A stretch of 63,881 nucleotides of DNA, the filler included, from Mitosporidium daphniae (taxonomy: Eukaryota), in the NCBI RefSeq assembly GCF_000760515.2. It is 3 parts of 3 records of this genome, joined end to end, with 100 filler letters (N's around TTAATTAATTAA, not from the genome) between each part and the next. Parts side by side here need not be neighbours in the genome. Positions count along the whole stretch, not along the records: positions 43,032 to 63,881 come from NW_013546136.1; 2 more parts are not named here. One strand, given 5' to 3'. The stretch's first letter is position 1, and each line of letters opens with the position of its first letter. A program made the translations under genes and the position numbers. The notes beneath the pieces are model-generated. The model did not search any database, had not been told where the DNA came from, and saw only the letters and a list, made by a program, of their open reading frames with translations. Shown piece by piece: positions 59,475 to 63,881 of the stretch.

Positions 59475-60950
59475 ATGATGTCCACCTCCGCTTCCATGGG
59501 TCCTGTTGTCTCCCCATCCCAAGGTACTTGTTGTTGTTACAAAAATAGGGAACAATTTTGGCATTTTAGCCATGGAAATCTATTTTCCTTCTCTCTACGT
59601 TTCTCAGTCAGAGTTGGGTATCGGTTTTTGTGCATTATGTTTAGAGTGTCACGACAATGTTTCCCAGGGCAAATATACTAAGGGCTTGGGGCAAACAAAC
59701 ATGGCTGTTTGCGCGCCATGTGAAGATATTTGCTCGATTTCCCTCAATGCGGTCTCTCAATTGATGTCAAAATATAAAATTTCCTATCAATCCATTGGAC
59801 GGCTAGAAGTTGGTACGGAAACATTAATTGACAAGTCCAAGTCCATCAAATCGGTCATCATGGACCTGTTTAACGGCAACGGTTGTTATGATGTTGAAGG
59901 TGTCGATGTAAAGAATGCTTGTTACGGCGGAGTTGCGGCCTTCTTTAATACCATTGCTTGGATGGAGAGCTCCTGTTGGGACGGTCGGCTTGGGCTCGTT
60001 GTCGCCGGAGATATAGCTGTATATGAACGAGGCCCGGCTCGCCCAACTGGCGGTGCTGGCGTGGTTGCCATTCTGGTGGGGCCAAACGCCCCGATCGTTT
60101 GTAACGGGGTCAGAGCCTCCCATATGAAGCATGCTTATGATTTCTTCAAACCGAATTTATCTACAGATTTTCCGATCGTAGATGGCCCTCTTTCTTTAAA
60201 ATCGTATTTTGAAGCGCTTTCATCCTGCTACCGATTATTCCGCACAAAAAGAAACATCACAAGCAAGAGCCCGCTGGATGCGTACGATTTCTATCTTTTT
60301 CATTCTCCCTTTGGAAAATTGGTTCAAAAGGCACTGTCCAAATTGGTAATCGAGGATCGCTTAAATAATTCTAGTATTATGAAGACATTAACAGTATCAA
60401 TGATACGCCGGATGTATGTGCTTTTCTTATCTTTAGGAAGCACTGAATTTTGATGACAAAACCCTGGAAAATGAGATGCTTGCAGCTAGCCAGGAGCTTT
60501 TTTTGCAAAAGACACAGCCTACACTTGCTTGCTCAAGAGAGTTGGGCAACATTTATTGCGGCGCCTTGTTTTCTGGGCTGATCTCTTTGATATGTAGCCA
60601 AGCTGGGGACTCGTTGGTTGGTTTATTGTCTTAACCTTAGATCGGCAAAAAGTGCCTATTATTTGCATATGGTTCTGGATACTGCTCCTCGATGTTTGAA
60701 CTGAGAATTACTTCGTCTGTTGAGTACATTTCAAAGACCATCGCGTTGAGTGAGCGGCTCTCAGAAAGGACCAAAATATCGCCCATCCAATTTTCACTAG
60801 TAACTTGCATGTCTAACTTTATAGCTGCTCGATGATAAAGGGCATGCTGAAAATGCCAAGTTCAATTCTCTTGTTCCGAACAGAACAATCGTTTTAAGCG
60901 AAATCGATGCCAAGTGCAGAAGGATATACCAAGCTAAATCGGAAAAATAA
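59475..60950 (+). CDS. ERG13: Hydroxymethylglutaryl-CoA synthase
   Basis: GKYTKGLGQ, RLEVGTETLIDKSKS, NACYGG, ARPTGGAG, FHSPFGKLVQK, GNIYCGA, FAYGSG; about 5 mini-introns. Confidence 0.96.
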
Positions 60951-61720
60951 ATACGAGTTTATTGATTTGCACCAGAAAGCGGTGTCTGTACGGGTCTGGT
61001 GTGCTCCATTTGCAATGTAAACGTACGGAATAAAGCATAAGGGGATGTGGGGCTGGCTAAATTACACCGGCTTCTTCCTCGCCATTTATCACTATAGCAT
61101 CTAGTAGGGAAAACGGTAGACGATGTTTCCTGGAAACCGGTATGGAGCACTTTTTGGAAAATTCGGGCATATAACCGGTCAATATAAGCGATGTGCGCCC
61201 AAGTATGAAAACACTCGATTTCAACTGGCGGCTGGCTAAATTGGTGTCTGCATTGTGTGAATGGCACACTTAAATTGGAGGCAAAGCCAAAGCCTCCGAA
61301 GGCTTGTTTTTTATTTTCAATAGCCGGTATGTCTTAATGGATGTCCAAAGCGTCTGTTTATCACTGTCTCCACAACTCTGGGCTCCCCGTACCCAATCCT
61401 GCTTCCAGCCGAGTCAACAATAGTGGGCACCACAAACTCCAGCCAAAATGCAGATGGCCATATGGCTAAGCTGCCAAAAGGACATTTAAAAGCCTCTCGA
61501 GTAGATTGAATAAGCTGAGCAGAGTGGGCGAAGAGGGCGCCATCAACGAAGAATGACTTTATTTAGAAAACACCGATACTGACACGCAACATATATTAAG
61601 CTTTGGCTGTGTATCTCATCATTGATGCATGGTTGGTTGAAGAATATCTTTTCATTAAACTGGTAGGAAAAGAGTATATTTTTATGGCCAAAAAATTAAT
61701 TTATTTAAAATCGAGCTCGG

Positions 61721-63652
61721 ATGATTAGAAAGGGCTGCTTTTTGTGGATTCACCCTAAAACATCGTTGCCTTTTTTAGTGCTCTCTTCTCGTTCGTCTTA
61801 TTCCATCGACCCTGCGGTTGCAAATCCCGCCACTAAAGATTCCAAAACCGCAAAGGTATTATCCACAAAGAAAACACAAGATCCAAAAGCCTCGTCTAAT
61901 GTCAAAAAAGAGCCGATTTCGAAAAAGGAGCGTGATCCTGCAAATGGAGCGTTTAGCTTATCATCTCAAGTAAGCGTAGAGGATAAAGCTGCTATCTTTA
62001 ATGCCAGGACTGATCATTCGACTGCTGAACGAGGATTTGAAGTCCGATCTAGCCTTGAGGAGTTTAATTCTGCTTTCGGTATAGCAGCGCCGATAGAAAA
62101 TCATCCGCAAAATCCACCACTCGTGCCTGAAGAGACCGATGTGACAAATGAAAAGAATGACAGCGCAAAGCCCACCTTGTCATCCATAATATCAACCAAC
62201 TTTGCGCACGAAAATCACCAATTTAATAACGCCCCTCCAATTCCAAAGAGTATTTCCAAGTTTTTTCCGGTAACCAAGAAAGTTCCGAGGCCAAAGTCTG
62301 CACCATCCTGCTCCAGGGAAGATGCCTCGCCTAAAATGGCAGGATTTACCAGCAGCAATACGGAATACACCCAAGAGCCCGATAAAGGCACATCAAAGCC
62401 GACACCGATTTCTACCTCGTATAGCGGCATTACTCCCAATTCTGCCAAAAGCAATGACGGCGGCTCCAATTCAAACTTTTTTAATAACCAAAGGCATAGA
62501 GGCCTGAATTCGTCCCACCTTCAGGGCGGATTGGTTTCCATCGTCCCAAAAGACGCGCCGCTTTCAAGCCAAGACCATTTTTATTCATTGATTTCAAAAA
62601 ATATCTCCGAAGATGTGTCTTTTTGCGAGCAAAAAGAAATCATATTCGATGAAAACAGCGCCTCCACACATCAAGAGGTCAACTTGAAAAAAATACAAGA
62701 AAGTGTTGCTCCATCCCTGGACGTGGCCAGGTTTGGCAATTTTTCTTCCTCTTCTTTCGAGAGATCCGAGGCCAGCATTGTCAAAAGCATTTCGTTTGCC
62801 TTTCCAGCGAATCAAGCTAGTGTGATTTCGCTCCTCAATTTATATGACCGGCAATTAGATTATAATGCCACGCGCGACCTCAAAATTGAGATTTTTCTGA
62901 AGACGCTTCGTTTGCTATTTTACCTGTACAAGCCCACCGTATTCTCGGCATCGACGATCTTTAATATTAGCAAGCTAAAATGTATTGCAGAAGAATCGTC
63001 CAACTGGAGGGATATATCGCTAGTTTTCCCTCTTGAGCGGATGTTGCCATCATCGAAATCGTTCCAAGATTCCAGGATAACTTTTCCAATCGAGGTGCAT
63101 ATTGCCGTCATGAGCATCTTGGACAAAATCAGGGCAAAGCTATTTGCGTACGAATATTACTTGGAGTTTCTGATGAAAGATCCTGTTCCCTGCTCAAATC
63201 CGATCTTGTTGCGAAATGTAATAAAGGCGCTGTCTAGCCACCAGTTTGCTTCCAAGTCTGTGTTTGACCATTTCCTTAGAAACGGCGGCATTCCAACACC
63301 GGACATCGTTGTGGATCTACTGGCAACCCCGAATTTGATTGATTCCGCATGCTTGTATGAATCGTATTTTGACCAGTATATTAAAATCCCCTATTTAGAG
63401 CAAAAAATCCTTCCAGAAGAAGCCAAGAAAATCGATGACCGGCAACTCCTGCAAGCAACAAAGTCGATGTTGGGGATGTATGTTCGAGGAGCAATGTCGT
63501 GTCCATCGTACAACCAAAACAAGATTTTTGCTCTTAAATGCTGGATCAAAAAGTATGCACCATCGGTAGCGTGCAGCCCAGACTTTCATATTGCTTGTAA
63601 AATAGTTCTCAAAGAGAAGCCACAGCAGGATCCAACCTTGATCTTGGATTAA
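61721..63652 (+). CDS. Hypothetical 643-aa protein
   Basis: Intronless ORF; presequence-like start, Ser/Pro/Lys-rich N-half, helical-looking C-half; no family recognised. Confidence 0.7.
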   Translation: MIRKGCFLWIHPKTSLPFLVLSSRSSYSIDPAVANPATKDSKTAKVLSTKKTQDPKASSNVKKEPISKKERDPANGAFSLSSQVSVEDKAAIFNARTDHSTAERGFEVRSSLEEFNSAFGIAAPIENHPQNPPLVPEETDVTNEKNDSAKPTLSSIISTNFAHENHQFNNAPPIPKSISKFFPVTKKVPRPKSAPSCSREDASPKMAGFTSSNTEYTQEPDKGTSKPTPISTSYSGITPNSAKSNDGGSNSNFFNNQRHRGLNSSHLQGGLVSIVPKDAPLSSQDHFYSLISKNISEDVSFCEQKEIIFDENSASTHQEVNLKKIQESVAPSLDVARFGNFSSSSFERSEASIVKSISFAFPANQASVISLLNLYDRQLDYNATRDLKIEIFLKTLRLLFYLYKPTVFSASTIFNISKLKCIAEESSNWRDISLVFPLERMLPSSKSFQDSRITFPIEVHIAVMSILDKIRAKLFAYEYYLEFLMKDPVPCSNPILLRNVIKALSSHQFASKSVFDHFLRNGGIPTPDIVVDLLATPNLIDSACLYESYFDQYIKIPYLEQKILPEEAKKIDDRQLLQATKSMLGMYVRGAMSCPSYNQNKIFALKCWIKKYAPSVACSPDFHIACKIVLKEKPQQDPTLILD

Positions 63653-63687
63653 ATTGGTTAATTAAATAAAATTTAAGTTATTTTTTT

Positions 63688-63881
63688 ATGAAAAGCTGCA
63701 AATTGGAACAAAAGACTCCCGAATGCCACACGTTGTTCGTAAGGAACAGAGATCTGGGAGTGGTCTGTAATTTGCTGCCTCCTGTGTTTCAGAAGAGGGA
63801 GACCGCTTACTATGTGGTTGCCTGCACCGGGCCTTCGTTTCACATTTATGACGTCGAAAAATTGGATCTGCTGTTCCAATT
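63688..63881 (+). CDS. UTP21: SSU processome subunit Utp21/WDR36, 5' part (runs off window)
   Basis: LFVRNRDLGVVCNLLP...YYVVACTGPSFHIYDVEKLDLLF matches the WDR36/Utp21 N-terminus; not in the ORF track. Confidence 0.8.
   Translation, partial: MKSCKLEQKTPECHTLFVRNRDLGVVCNLLPPVFQKRETAYYVVACTGPSFHIYDVEKLDLLFQ

Overview
Very gene-dense eukaryotic nuclear DNA with about 36 protein genes. Many are split by 21-39 nt GT-AG introns, so the ORF track fragments them. Head-to-head start codons lie as little as 28 bp apart around AAATTT-rich spacers. This microsporidia-like compaction sits alongside genes that need a respiring, genome-bearing mitochondrion (mito IF2, Sco1, Letm1/Mdm38, Aim18, mtHsp70). 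That suggests an early-diverging microsporidian relative such as Mitosporidium (inference, not verified). Two 100-bp N44-TTAATTAATTAA-N44 blocks are artificial contig linkers; the second truncates midasin and TGT, and the first probably interrupts SGS1. Best leads: a divergent NELF-C/D-like pausing factor, a Mia40-like protein without its CPC motif, Ask1 with a C-terminal winged-helix-like domain, a Scm3-like start missed by the ORF track, a doubly degenerate PFK-2/FBPase-2, a half-length Sec8, several outlier long introns, and four unexplained ORF-poor islands. The island at 25.9-26.35 kb looks like a structured ncRNA gene. No rRNA, tRNA, CRISPR array or intact mobile element was recognised. 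All exon structures were assembled by eye.
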